From the NCBI GenBank assembly GCA_963717745.1, contig CAVQXJ010000025.1, positions 106,817 through 170,816 of the forward strand: a stretch of 64,000 nucleotides of DNA, in the 5' to 3' direction. Source of the DNA: an uncultured Acidobacteriota bacterium. GTDB taxonomy: Bacteria; Acidobacteriota; Vicinamibacteria; Vicinamibacterales; 2-12-FULL-66-21. Below, in pieces: positions 31,285 to 41,381 of this stretch. The position numbers were made by a program, and so were the translations under genes. The notes beneath the pieces were generated by a model. The model was not told where the DNA came from and did no database searches. It saw only the letters and a list, made by a program, of their open reading frames with translations. Each line of letters begins with the position of its first letter. Within the stretch, counting starts at the first letter, position 1.

Positions 31285-31967
31285 CCGCGGGGCTGAGCCG
31301 GCCCATTTTCTGCCTCGTCACCGAACGCAGCCGGCTGTCGCCGGCCACTGACTCCGAGCTCGTCCGTCTGGCCGGTCACGCTGCCGCGGCTGGCGTGACC
31401 CTCATTCAGATCAGAGAACGCGATGCGGAGGGCGGGCGCCTGCTTTCCCTGACCCGCGCCGTGATCGCAGCCGTCGCGGGGACGGGGGCAAAGGTGGTCG
31501 TCAACGATCGGACCGACGTCGCCCTGGCCGCTGGGGCCGACGGCGTGCATCTCCGTGCAGATTCGCCACCCGCGTGGCAGGTCAGGTCCATCGTCCCTCC
31601 GGGTTTTTTGATCGGACGGTCCGTGCACGACGACGTCGAAGCCATCAGTGCCGCCGGCACCGGGGTGGATTACCTGATGCTGGGAACGATCTTCCCGTCG
31701 GCCAGCAAGTCAGCCGGCACCACGTGGCTGGGCCCGGAGGCGCTCGAGCGGGCCGCCCGCGCGACCGCGATTCCAGTGCTGGCGATTGGTGGCATAACCG
31801 CCGATAAGGTTGCCAGCATCGCGGCGGCCGGCGCGGCGGGGGTCGCCGCGATCGGGTTGTTCGCCGATCTTCAGAGGGATGCCACGGATGACGCAGTCGC
31901 CATGTCGCTTCGCAGGCTCGTGGGTGACCTACGGGCCGCGTTCCACGGAGGCGCCGCCGCGCGCTGA
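31281..31967 (+). CDS. thiE: thiamine-phosphate synthase
   Basis: Internal ATG 31281 of ORF 30495..31967. Reads ...GVTLIQIRERD......VNDR.DVALAAGADGVHL......GRSVH......GVDYLMLGTIFPS.SK......PVLAIGGI. Confidence 0.85.
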   Translation: MTAGLSRPIFCLVTERSRLSPATDSELVRLAGHAAAAGVTLIQIRERDAEGGRLLSLTRAVIAAVAGTGAKVVVNDRTDVALAAGADGVHLRADSPPAWQVRSIVPPGFLIGRSVHDDVEAISAAGTGVDYLMLGTIFPSASKSAGTTWLGPEALERAARATAIPVLAIGGITADKVASIAAAGAAGVAAIGLFADLQRDATDDAVAMSLRRLVGDLRAAFHGGAAAR

Positions 31968-31972
31968 CGACA

Positions 31973-32482
31973 GTGATGTCTGATTTCGGGACCGCGCTGC
32001 GTGAGGCGCGGGAGCGGCGCGGGATCACGCTCCGGCAAATCTCCGATCACACCAAGATCTCGATTGCCTCGCTCGAGGCGCTCGAACGCAGCGACGCGTC
32101 GCGTCTTCCCGGCGGGATTTTCGCCCGTTCGTTCGTCCGTTCGTACGCGGCCGAGGTGGGGCTCGATCCTGACGCGACCGTGGAGGCCTTCCTCGATCGC
32201 TTCGGCGACGACGCCCGGTTCGCCGTCATTTCCGGGACAGCACCCGCGGAGCCGGCGCCAGCGGCCCTTCGACTTCGCTCAGGGCAGGCCCCTGGCCTGG
32301 CCAGCACGGTCCTGAAGCTGCTGGTCCTTGGGCTGGTGGCGATCGGGATCATTCTGTATCTCACGGTGATCAAGAACGCGTCCGATCAGTTGCCGGATCA
32401 GCGGCCCGACTCGGCGCGCCGTGCCACCCGCCGCGTGGCCGTGATGGAAAGTGTCAAGACTGGCGCGAATGACGTAAGCTGA
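31973..32482 (+). CDS. RodZ-like helix-turn-helix (XRE-type) membrane protein
   Basis: FGTALREARERRGITLRQISDHTKISIASLEALE....LPGGIFARSFVRSYA, followed by the TM helix LLVLGLVAIGIILYLTVI. Confidence 0.6.
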   Translation: MMSDFGTALREARERRGITLRQISDHTKISIASLEALERSDASRLPGGIFARSFVRSYAAEVGLDPDATVEAFLDRFGDDARFAVISGTAPAEPAPAALRLRSGQAPGLASTVLKLLVLGLVAIGIILYLTVIKNASDQLPDQRPDSARRATRRVAVMESVKTGANDVS

Positions 32483-32520
32483 TTGAGTCGGCTGGAGACG
32501 CATCGCAGCTTACGCCCGCT

Positions 32521-33306
32521 ATGGAACCCGGTTACCGTTCTCCACTGATCGATCAGTTCCGGCACAGCGACACGACTCGCGAGATGCGGCTGCTCGCGGC
32601 CCAGGGCGGGCTGGAGGGTACCGCTCATGAGCAGCTCGCGCTCCTCCTGCTCGTGGCCGACGACCCCGACAGCGAGGTGGCGGCGGCCGTCCAGGCGACG
32701 GTGCGGGCGCTCCCGGTCGAACCGCTTCGTGCCTACCTCGCCCGTGCCGACGCGCCGGCGGAGATCAAGCAGTTCTTCGGCAATCTCGGGTTCGAACCTG
32801 GACCGGTGCCGGCCGACGACGCGTCGGCGCCGCTGCTCGAAGCGCCCGACGAGGACGATGAGCCGCTGATCGAGGCCGTGGCGCCGACGGCGGCGGCGCC
32901 AGTCGAGTCGAAGCTCCTGTCCGGCCTCCCGGTCAAGCGGAAGGTCAAGCTCGCCTTCAAGGGCACCCGGGAGCAGCGGGCCCAGTTGATCCGCGACCCC
33001 AACAAGCTGGTGGCGTCCGCCGTGCTGAGCAGCCCGAAGCTGACCGGCGCGGAGGTGGAGTCGTTCGCGAAGATGGGCAATGTCAGCGAGCAAGTGCTGC
33101 GGGTCATCGGCACGCACCGCGGTTGGCTGAAAAGCTACGGCGTCGTCCTCGGCCTGGTCAAGAATCCGAAGACCCCCGGGGCGATCTCGATGCAGCTGCT
33201 GCAGCGGGTCAGCGAGAAGGACATGAAAATGCTGGCGGTCGATCGCAACGTTCCCGAGTCCCTGCGGCTGGCGGCCCGCAAGTTCGTCGTCAAGAACCTC
33301 AAGTAG
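32521..33306 (+). CDS. hypothetical alpha-helical repeat protein
   Basis: 261-aa ORF with coherent composition. I recognise no family. Confidence 0.45.
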   Translation: MEPGYRSPLIDQFRHSDTTREMRLLAAQGGLEGTAHEQLALLLLVADDPDSEVAAAVQATVRALPVEPLRAYLARADAPAEIKQFFGNLGFEPGPVPADDASAPLLEAPDEDDEPLIEAVAPTAAAPVESKLLSGLPVKRKVKLAFKGTREQRAQLIRDPNKLVASAVLSSPKLTGAEVESFAKMGNVSEQVLRVIGTHRGWLKSYGVVLGLVKNPKTPGAISMQLLQRVSEKDMKMLAVDRNVPESLRLAARKFVVKNLK

Positions 33307-33547
33307 CACCCTTTCCCCGCTTCCGGTTCTTCCAGTCCCTTCGCATCTCGGCCAGGCCTTCCATGTAGACCGTGGCCCGCTGCCGGTCCTCGGGCAGCCG
33401 TATGGTCTTGAGCAGGTCGATCGCGCGATCGAAATCGCGGTCGATTGTGTGGGCGGTGGCCTTGAAATAGAGCTGGCGGATCTCGGCGATGACTTCCGCG
33501 ACCGGACGCTCGTCCGGCACCTCGTTCAGGGGGATTCGGCGAGCCAT
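33299..33547 (-). CDS. hypothetical small protein, translationally coupled to PolX
   Basis: 82-aa ORF. Its ATG shares a base with the PolX stop (TGATG at 33545-33549). I recognise no family. Confidence 0.4.
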   Translation of the reverse strand: MARRIPLNEVPDERPVAEVIAEIRQLYFKATAHTIDRDFDRAIDLLKTIRLPEDRQRATVYMEGLAEMRRDWKNRKRGKGAT

Positions 33548-35287
33548 CAGCGAGTCGCACCGGCGGCGTGGTGGCGGCGCAGGGCAGCCCGGAAGCCCTC
33601 GAAGGTGCGCGTGTTGAGGACGTCATCCGGTTCCAGCCATGCCCGGCGGGCGACGGTGACGCCCCAGCGCAGATTGCCGAGCGCGGCGGGTGAGTGAGCG
33701 TCGGTATCGATCACGATGGTCACGCCCCGCTCGCGGGCGCGCCTGGCAAGGGTATCGTCCATGTCGAGACGCTCCGGCTGACTGTTGATCTCCAGCGCCA
33801 CGCGGTGGCGCACCGCGGCGTCGAAGACGACGTCCATCCTGGCACGGGAGGGTTCGCGGCGGAGAATCCGCCGCCCGGTGGGGTGCGCGATCACGTCGAC
33901 CCACGGGCACTCGATGGCGCGGAGCAGCCGCTCGGTCATCTGGGTCTCGTCCTGATCGAAGGCGGAATGGACGGACGCGATCACGATGTCGAGCTCGGCC
34001 AGACAGTCGGCGGCGAGGTCGAGCCGCCCATCGGGCAGGATGTCGCACTCGATGCCGGCGAGCACGCGAAGGCCGTCGAGGTCGTCGCGGCCGTTCAGGG
34101 CGCGAATCTGCCGCGCATGCTCGAGCGCGCGCCGTTCGTCGAGGCCGTTCGCCATCGCGAGCGCCTTGCTGTGATCGGTGATGGCGATGTATTCGAGTCC
34201 GGTATCGCGGGCGGCGCGCGCCATGGTCCAGGCGTCGGCCCGGCCGTCGGTGGCCGTGGTGTGCATGTGCAGGTCGCCGCGAAGATCCTGCTGGGTGACG
34301 AGATGGGGAAGGGTGCGGGCTTCGGCCGCGGCAATCTCTCCGCGGTTCTCGCGCAATTCCGGCGGCACGTAGTGCGAGCTCGAGCGCTTCGTAGATGCTC
34401 TCTTCCGTCTCGCCCGCCACCAGCGTGCCGTCGTCGACTCGATAGAGCCCGTATTCGTTCAGCTTGAAGCCGCGCTGGATCGCCCGATCGCGCAGGGCGA
34501 TGTTGTGCGCTTTCGATCCGGTGAAGTACTGGAGCGCCGCGCCGGCGCTCGGTCCGGGCACCAGCCGCAGATCCGCCTGGAATCCACCCCACAGCATGAC
34601 ACTCGACTTGGTGTCGCCGTGCGCGAGCACGCGCTCGACCTGACGATAGGTGGTGAAGGTGTCCATCAACGAGTCGGGACCGCCGGCGGCGAGGACGTCG
34701 AGATCGCCACAGGTTTCACAGCCGCGCCGCAGGCTGCCCACCATGGCGATCGCCGCCCCGGGAGCCGCCTCGCGGAGCGATGCGACCAGCGACGCCGCCG
34801 TATCGTAGGCCTCGGCGATGAGCCTCCGGCCGGCGATGCGGGTCCGTTCCTCGAGGGCCCGCAGGATCTGCGACTCCTTCTTCGCGCCCATGCCTTTCAG
34901 CGCGCGCAGCCGGCCTTCCCGTCCGGCCGATTCGAGATCCTCGAGCGTCTTGATCCCGAGCTGGTGGTAGAGCAGCGCGACCGTCTTCGGACCGACGCCC
35001 TGGAGGTGGAGCAGGTCGAGGATGGTCGGTGGAAACTCCTGCAGGAGATCCTGGTGATACGCGATGGCGCCCGAGTCGACGAGCTCGCCAATTTTCGCGG
35101 CGAGGTCCTTGCCGATGCCGGGCAGGGCCAGGCGATCCGCCGCCGTGAGCGCGGCGACGCGGTCGGGATGGTGCGCGACCGTTTCCGAGGCGTTGCGATA
35201 CGCGCGGATCTTGAACGGGTTCTCGTTCTTGATCTCGAGGAGGTCGCCGATTTCCGCCAGCACGCGTGCGATTGCCAGGTTGTCCAT
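33547..35287 (-). pseudogene. polX: DNA polymerase/3'-5' exonuclease PolX (Pol-beta-like + PHP domains), one extra base near 34372-34378
   Basis: ORF 33623..35287 covers the N-terminus: MDNLAIARVLAEIGDLLEIKNENPFKIRAYRNA...GIGKDLAAKI...GVGPKT...GSLRRGCETCGDLDVL...YFTGSKAHNI...EEIYEALEL. ORF 33547..34368 covers (Y)VPPELRENRGEI...DLHMHTTATDG...ITDHS...SVHS...IAHP...DTDAH. The junction gagctc-g-cactacgtgccg would read ALELHYVPPELRE without the extra base. Confidence 0.9.
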
Positions 35288-35298
35288 TTCCGTCTCTA

Positions 35299-35304
35299 TA
35301 TAAT
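35299..35304 (+). promoter_or_regulatory. TATAAT -10 box 6 nt upstream of the nagZ ATG (candidate leaderless transcript)
   Basis: ctcTATATAATgcgtcgATG lies in a 23-bp AT-rich gap between the divergent polX and nagZ start codons. Confidence 0.35.
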
Positions 35305-35310
35305 GCGTCG

Positions 35311-36410
35311 ATGTCGATTCGGGACATACGCCGGCACGCGGGTCAGCTCGCGCTCGCCGGATTCGCCGGCCACGCGATTCCGGCGGAGCTGCGGGCGCTG
35401 GCGAAAGAATTCGACCTCGGCGGCGTGATCCTGTTCGCGCGCAACGTCGAATCGCCGGAGCAGGTCGCGGAGATCGCTCGCGAAGCGCAGTTGATGGCGG
35501 GCGAGCTGCCGCTCTGGGTCAGTGTCGATCAGGAGGGTGGGCGGGTCGCGCGTCTGCGCTCGCCCTTCACCGTGTGGCCGCCGATGCAGACGCTCGGCCG
35601 GAGCGGCGACGACGCGCTGGCGGTTCGATTCGCGAAGGCGCTGGCCTCCGAGCTGCGGGCGGTCGGCGTGACGCTGGACTTCACGCCGGTCCTCGACATC
35701 CTCACCAACCCCAAGAACCCGGCGATCGGCGACCGGGCGCTGGCCGAACACGCCTGAAGACGTCGCCCGGCTCGGGGCCGCGATCATCGAGACCCTGCAG
35801 GCCGAAGGCATCGCGGCCTGCGGGAAGCACTTTCCGGGGCATGGCGACACCAGCGCAGACTCCCATGACGAGATGCCGCTGATCGAGCATCCGCCCGATC
35901 GGCTGGACGCCGTCGAGCTGGTGCCGTTCAAGCGCGCCATCGCCGCCCGCGTCGCCGGCGATCATGACGGCGCACATTCTGGTGCCGGCCATCGACGACG
36001 AGCGGCCGGGGACGCTCTCCCCGGCGATCGTCACCGGACTGCTCAAGGAGAAGCTGGGATTCCAGGGGATGGTGTTCACCGACGACATCGGCATGAAGGC
36101 GATCAGTGCGCGGTACACCATCGCCGAGGCCACGGTTCTCGCGATCGCGGCCGGCTGCGACGCGGTGCTGATGTGCGGCGATTCGCAGGAGCCGCAGTTC
36201 ACGGCGCTCGAGGCCGTGGTTCACGCGGTGGAAGACGGAACGCTGCCGCTCCCGCGCGTCGAGGATGCGCTCGCGCGTCATCGCCGCACCAAGGAGCGGT
36301 TCCTCGCACCACCGCAACCGCGGCCGCTCGACGCGCGCGCGCTGCGCATCCTCCTCGGCCGCGACGAGCATCAGGCCGTCGCCGCCGAAATGGCCCGGTT
36401 TGCGTCCTGA
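35311..36410 (+). pseudogene. nagZ: beta-N-acetylhexosaminidase NagZ (GH3), two extra bases (about 35755 and about 35960)
   Basis: Three successive frames carry the protein. First: MSIRDIRRHAGQLALAGFAG...GGVILFARN...VSVDQEGGRVARL...NPAIGDRALAEHA. Second: EDVARLGAAIIETLQAEGIAACGKHFPGHGDTSADSH...AIAARVAG. Third: IMTAHILVPAIDDERPGTLSP...GFQGMVFTDDIGMKAI... Confidence 0.85.
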
Positions 36411-37337
36411 TCTCAAGCCGCGCGCCCTGCGCGCCGGCGACCGCATCGCCATCGTGGCCCCGGCCAGCCCGTTCGCCCGCGACGAGTTCGAGCTCGGCGT
36501 GATCGAACTGGCGCAGATCGGCTTCCAGCCCGTGTACTCGAGCCGACGTCTTCGCCAGGGCGGAGTATCTCGCCGGTTCGCCGGCGCTGCGAGCCGCGGA
36601 TTTTCGCGCGGCCTGGACGGATCCGACGATCGCCGCCGTCGTCGCCGCGCGCGGCGGATATGGCAGCGTGCACCTGCTGCCGCTGCTCGACGCCGCGGAA
36701 ATCCGCCAGCACGCCAAGGTGTTCATCGGCTACAGCGACAACACGTCGCTGCTGACCTGGTTGAATCAGGCCTGCGGAATGGTCGCGTTTCATGGCCCGA
36801 TGGTCGAAGGGCGATTCGCACGGGGGCCGGAGGGCTACGACCAGCGAGTCATTCCTGCACGCCGTCACCAGGGCGGAGCCGCTCGGGGAAATGCCGGTCG
36901 ACGGCGTCGAGAGCCTGCGTGACGGAGAGGCGCGGGGGCTCCTGGTTGGCGGCACGCTCACCCAGCTCGTCGCCTCGCTCGGCACGCCGTTCGCCTTCGA
37001 CCCGCCGAGCCTGGCTGCGTGCTGTTCCTCGACGACGTCGCGGAGCGGCCGTACCGTCTCGATCGGATGCTGACGCAGCTGCGGCTGAGCGGCATTCTGG
37101 GCCGGGCGTCAGCCATTGTCTTCAATGCGCTGCCGCGCTGTGACGAGCCGGGGGGCAGCCCCACCGCTCGCGATACCGTGCGGCTGGTGCTCGACGGCTT
37201 TCCCGGACCGGTGCTGTACGGACTTCCGTCCGGCCACACCGATGGGCCCTCCTTGACGCTGCCGTTCGGCGTCAGCGCACGGGTGTCAGGCGGGCCGGAA
37301 GCCGTCGCTGATCATCGAGGAAGCGGCGGTCCGGTGA
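36400..37337 (+). pseudogene. ldcA: LD-carboxypeptidase (peptidase S66, LdcA-like), at least three and probably four frame breaks
   Basis: TTG 36400 opens (M)RPDLKPRALRAGDRIAIVAPASPF...IGFQPVY. Then DVFARAEYLAGSPALRAADFRAAWTDPTIAAVVAARGGYGS...FIGYSDNTSLL...FHGPMV. Then ESFLHAVTRAEPLGEMPV...GGTLTQLVASLGTPFAFD. Then PAEPGCVLFLDDVAERPYRLDRMLTQLRLSGIL...GLPSGHT...LPFGV. The probable end is ...SLIIEEAAVR* (TGA 37335-37337). Confidence 0.75.
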
Positions 37338-37368
37338 GGCACTGGACGCCCAGGGGCGACGCGACGGC

Positions 37369-38777
37369 ATGACACGAATCCATCTGATCGGCGTGTGCGG
37401 GACGGCGATGGCCACGCTCGCGGCCCTGTTGAAGAGCCGCGGCTATGACGTGCGAGGCTCGGATCAGAACGTCTACCCGCCGATGAGCGACTTCCTCCGG
37501 GATCAGGGCATCACCACGCTTCAGGGCTACCTGGCCGAGCACATCAGCGCGGACATCGATCTGGTGGTGGTCGGCAACGCGATCTCGCGCGGCAACCCCG
37601 AGCTCGAGGAAGTGCTCGATCGGAAGATTCGCTACTGCTCGCTGCCCGAGGCCGTGCGCGATCATTTCCTCTGGGGCGCGCGGTCGATCGTGATCGCCGG
37701 CACGCACGGGAAGACCACGACGACATCGCTGACCGGCTGGCTGCTCGCGCACGGCGGCGCCGATCCCAACGTCTTCATCGGCGGGATCGCCGAGAACTTC
37801 GAGAGCAGTTACCGGCTCGGCGGCGGACGCGACTTCGTGATCGAGGGGGACGAGTACGACAGCGCCTTCTTCGACAAGACCGCCAAGTTCCTGAAATACC
37901 TGCCCGACATCGCCGTCGTCAACAACATCGAGTTCGATCACGCCGACATCTATCCCGACCTGGCGGCGATCCGGCTGGCGTTTCAGCGGTTCGTGAACCT
38001 GATCCCGCGGCGCGGCCTGCTGCTGCTCGGCGCCGACAACGCCGAGGCGGCGGCGCTCGCCAAACGCGCGCATTGCCGGGTCGAAACGTTCGGCCTGTCG
38101 AGCGGCGCCGACTGGCAGGCGCACGACCTGCAGGTCGACGGCACCTCGACCACCTTCAGCGTGCGGCGCCGCGGCGAGCCGATCGGCACGCTTCGATGCT
38201 GCCGCTGCTCGGCGCGTTCAACGTCCGGAATGCGCTGGCCGCGCTCGCGGTCGGCGCGGCCGTCGGATTGAACACCGTACGCGATGGCGGCGGCGCTGCA
38301 AAGCGTTCAAAGGCGTGCGCCGGCGCATGCAGCTGCGCGGCACCGCCGCCGGGGTCTCGGTCTACGACGACTTCGCCCACCATCCGACCGCGATCGCCGA
38401 GACGCTGGCCGGCGTGCGCTCCGCGTTTCCGCGCCGCCGGATCTGGGCGATCTTCGAGCCGCGTTCCGCCACATCCTGCCGCAGCATCTTCCAGTCCGAC
38501 TTCGCCCGCGCGCTGTCGGCGGCCGATACCGTGGTGCTGCCGGCGGTCTTCCGCTCCAGCCTGCCCGAGGACGAGCGGCTCTCGGCCGATCAGCTCGTCG
38601 CCGATCTGAAGGCGGCCAATGTCGACGCCCGCTACATCCCGCAGGTCGACGACATCGTCGCGACGGTCGCGAAAGAGAGCCGGGACGGCGATCTCGTCGT
38701 CGATCATGTCGAACGGCGGCTTCGACGACATTCACCAGAAGCTGTTGACGGCCCTGGCGGCGCGCCCGCACCGGTGA
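37369..38777 (+). pseudogene. mpl: UDP-N-acetylmuramate:L-alanyl-gamma-D-glutamyl-meso-DAP ligase (Mpl), about four frame breaks
   Basis: MTRIHLIGVCGTAMATLAALLKSRGYDVRGSDQNVYPPMS...IAGTHGKTTTTS...EGDEYDSAFFDK...NIEFDHADIY is intact to about 38190. The text continues as LLGAFNVRNALAALAVGAAVGL, then AMAAALQS, then FKGVRRRMQLRG...VYDDFAHHPTAI...FEPRS, then IMSNGGFDDIHQKLLTALAARPHR* (TGA 38775-38777). Breaks lie near 38190, 38281, 38305 and 38701. Confidence 0.85.
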
Positions 38778-39472
38778 ACGACGAACCTTCGCCCGGTCTC
38801 GTGCGCGTGGTCTGCGCCGGTGATTCGGCGCTGGTTGCGGAGTTTCCCGGCCGCATCGATCCGGACGTCAACGAACGGGCCACCGCGCTCGCGATGCACC
38901 TGCGCGCGAGATGGGGCGCGATCCTGCGCGACGTCGTGGTCGGTTACTGCACGGTCACCGTCTACTTCGATCCGCTGCGCGTCGACGCGCCGTGGCTCGA
39001 ATCGGAGATCCGGGCGGGTGCCGAACAGCCATCGGAGGCGCCGCAGCGGCGCGACGCCGTGGTCGACGTCCCGGTGTGCTACGAGGCTGATCTTGCGCCG
39101 GATCTGGACGACGTCGCGGCGTTCGGCGGGTGCTCGCCAGACGAGGTGGTGGCGCTGCACACCGGGCGCACGTATCGCGTCTACATGGTGGGCTTCGTGC
39201 CGGGATTTGCCTATCTGGCCGAGGTCGACCCGCGCATCGCCGCGCCACGGCGGGGCACGCCGCGGACTGCCGTCCCCGCCGGTTCGGTGGCCATCGCCGG
39301 CGGCCAGACCGGAATCTACCCGGCCGTGACACCCGGCGGCTGGAACATCATCGGCCGCACCGCGCGGAAGCCGTACGATCCCGCCCGCGCCGATCCCTTT
39401 CTGTTGCAGGTCGGCGATCAGGTCCGCTTTCACGCGATCACCCGCACCGAATTCGAACAGGGCCCGGCGTGA
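38774..39472 (+). CDS. pxpB: 5-oxoprolinase subunit PxpB (KipI / allophanate hydrolase subunit 1 family)
   Basis: GTG 38774 overlaps the mpl stop (GTGA). Reads VRVVCAGDSALVAEF......VVGYCTVTVYFDP......VPVCY......YRVYMVGFVPGFAYL......PRTAVPAGSVAIAGGQTGIYP..TPGGWNIIGRT. Confidence 0.8.
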   Translation: MNDEPSPGLVRVVCAGDSALVAEFPGRIDPDVNERATALAMHLRARWGAILRDVVVGYCTVTVYFDPLRVDAPWLESEIRAGAEQPSEAPQRRDAVVDVPVCYEADLAPDLDDVAAFGGCSPDEVVALHTGRTYRVYMVGFVPGFAYLAEVDPRIAAPRRGTPRTAVPAGSVAIAGGQTGIYPAVTPGGWNIIGRTARKPYDPARADPFLLQVGDQVRFHAITRTEFEQGPA

Positions 39473-40399
39473 CGACGGTGACGGTGGTGCGCGGCGGGAT
39501 GCTGACGACCGTGCAGGATCTCGGACGATGGGGCCATCAGGCGAACGGTGTGCCCGTGGCGGGGCCGATGGACGTGTACTCGCATCGGCTGGCGAACCGG
39601 CTGGTCGGGAACGACCGTGACGCGGCCGCGCTGGAGATTACGCTGGTCGGACCCGAGCTCCTCGTTCACGGCCATGTTCTCTGCGCCGTCTGTGGCGCCG
39701 CCTTCGAGCTGTCGGTGGACGGCCGGCCGGCGCCGCGGAATCAGCCGTTCGAGGTCCGGCGCGGGGAGCGGCTGACATTCGGGCGGCGCGTCGCGGGCGC
39801 GCGGGCGACGCTGGCGGTCCGTGGCGGCATCGACGTGCCGCCGGTGCTGGGCAGCCGGGCCACCAGCCTCGTGAGTGCGATGGGGCCGTTCGGTGGACGG
39901 GCCTTGGCCGCCGGCGATGTGCTGCCGATCGGACCGGACCTGGCGCGGCCCATCCCCGCCGCGTCAGCCTGGCCGCTGCGCCTGCCCGAAGGCGGAGCGC
40001 CGCTGCGGGTCATCGTCGGTCCGCACGAGCAGCGGTTCACCGCCGACGCCCGTGATCTGTTCTTGCGCGGGCGGTTCGTACGTGACGACGAAGTCGAACC
40101 GCATGGGGTACCGGCTCGACGGCCCGGCGCTCTCGCACGGGCCGGGCGCGGACATCCTGTCCGACGCCACGCCGATCGGGTCGGTGCAGGTCCCGAAGTC
40201 GGGGCAGCCGATTCTGCTGATGGCGGATCGGCAGACGACCGGCGGATATCCGAAGATTGCCACGGTGATCACTGCCGATCTGCCGCTCGCCGGCCAGCTC
40301 GCGCCCGGCGACTGGGTCACGTTCGTGCCGTGTGCGCGACGGGACGCGCTCGACGCGCTGCAGCGCCTCGAACGGCGTCTGGCCGGGCAGGCCGCATGA
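39469..40399 (+). pseudogene. pxpC: 5-oxoprolinase subunit PxpC (KipA / allophanate hydrolase subunit 2 family), one extra base near 40088-40091
   Basis: GTG 39469 overlaps the pxpB stop. Reads VVRGGMLTTVQDLGRWGHQANGVPVAGPMD...LEITLVGPEL... up to RGRFV. It continues in ORF 39875..40399 as TTKSNRMGYRLDGP...QVP.SGQPILLMADRQTTGGYPKIATVI.ADL. Confidence 0.8.
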
Positions 40400-41381
40400 C
40401 CGCGCTCGTCGACGCGCTGCGGGCCGCGTTCGGCGACCGCGTGCAGGTCGGATGAGCCACTCTCGCCGTTCACCACGTTCAAGGTGGGCGGCCCGGCCGA
40501 CCTGTTCGTGACGGTGGACCGGCCCGAGCAGCTGCAGCAAGCCGCGACACTCGGCGTGGGCCGCGAGCGTGCCGGTCACCGTCATCGGCGGCGGATCGAA
40601 CTCCTGATTGCGGACAGCGGGGTCCGAGGGCTGGTGATACGCGTGCGCGGCGGCGAGGTCCGCGAGGGCGGCCCAGGACGGGTGCGCGCCGATGCGGGCG
40701 TCACCATCAACGGACTGGTGCGCTGGACCATCGCCCACGGGCTCGCCAGCCTCGAAGCGTGGGCCGGCACGCCGGGGACGGTCGGCGGCGCCATCTATGG
40801 CAACGCGCATTTTCAGGGGCGCAACATCGGCGATCTCGTGGAGGCGGTCCGGTTGCTGGATCGCGACGGCCGCGTCCAGGACGTGCCGGCCGCCGACATG
40901 GAATTCGCCTACGACTACAGCCGGCTGCAGCGGACCGGGGAGATCGTGCTGTCCGCCGATTTCCGGGTGACCGCCGGCGATCCCGAGCAGTTGCGCGCGG
41001 TGGCGCGCGAGTCGCTGGCGTATCGAAAGCGCACCCAGCCGCTCGCGATGCCGAGCGCCGGCTGCATCTTTCAGAATCCGGCGCCGGACCACGATTCGCT
41101 GCCGCCCGGCATGCCGTGGTCGGCCGGAGCGCTGGTCGATCGCGCCGGGCTCAAAGGCGCGCGCGAAGGAGAGGCCCGGGTGTCGCCCACCCACGGCAAC
41201 TTCATCGTCAACGAAGGCGGGGCCTCGGCCGGCGACGTGCGGCGACTGATCGATCGGTGCACGTGACGGCGTGTATCGGAAGTTCGGCGTGCGGCTGCGG
41301 GAAGAGATTGTGAGCATGGGGTTCGAGCGCGGCGTGGACACGGCCATGCGCGCGGCGACGTCGGAAGGGACGGAGGACTGA
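40396..41381 (+). pseudogene. murB: UDP-N-acetylenolpyruvoylglucosamine reductase MurB, about four frame breaks
   Basis: ATG 40396 (ATGA overlap with pxpC) gives MTALVDALRAAFGDRVQV. Then DEPLSPFTTFKVGGPADLFVTV. Then SAWAASVPVTVIGGGSN. Then LLIADSGVRGLVIRV...AGTPGTVGGAIYGNA...SAGCIFQNP...SPTHGNFIVN. Then DGVYRKFGVRLREEIVSMGF...* (TGA 41379-41381). Breaks lie near 40450, 40548, 40601 and 41262. Confidence 0.85.

Noticed and set aside
30495-31967. 490-aa ORF overlapping the end of the TPR gene and all of thiE.
   Set aside because: Only the last 228 codons (from ATG 31281) read as ThiE. The upstream part is Arg/Gly-rich shadow of the TPR gene frame and the small membrane ORF.
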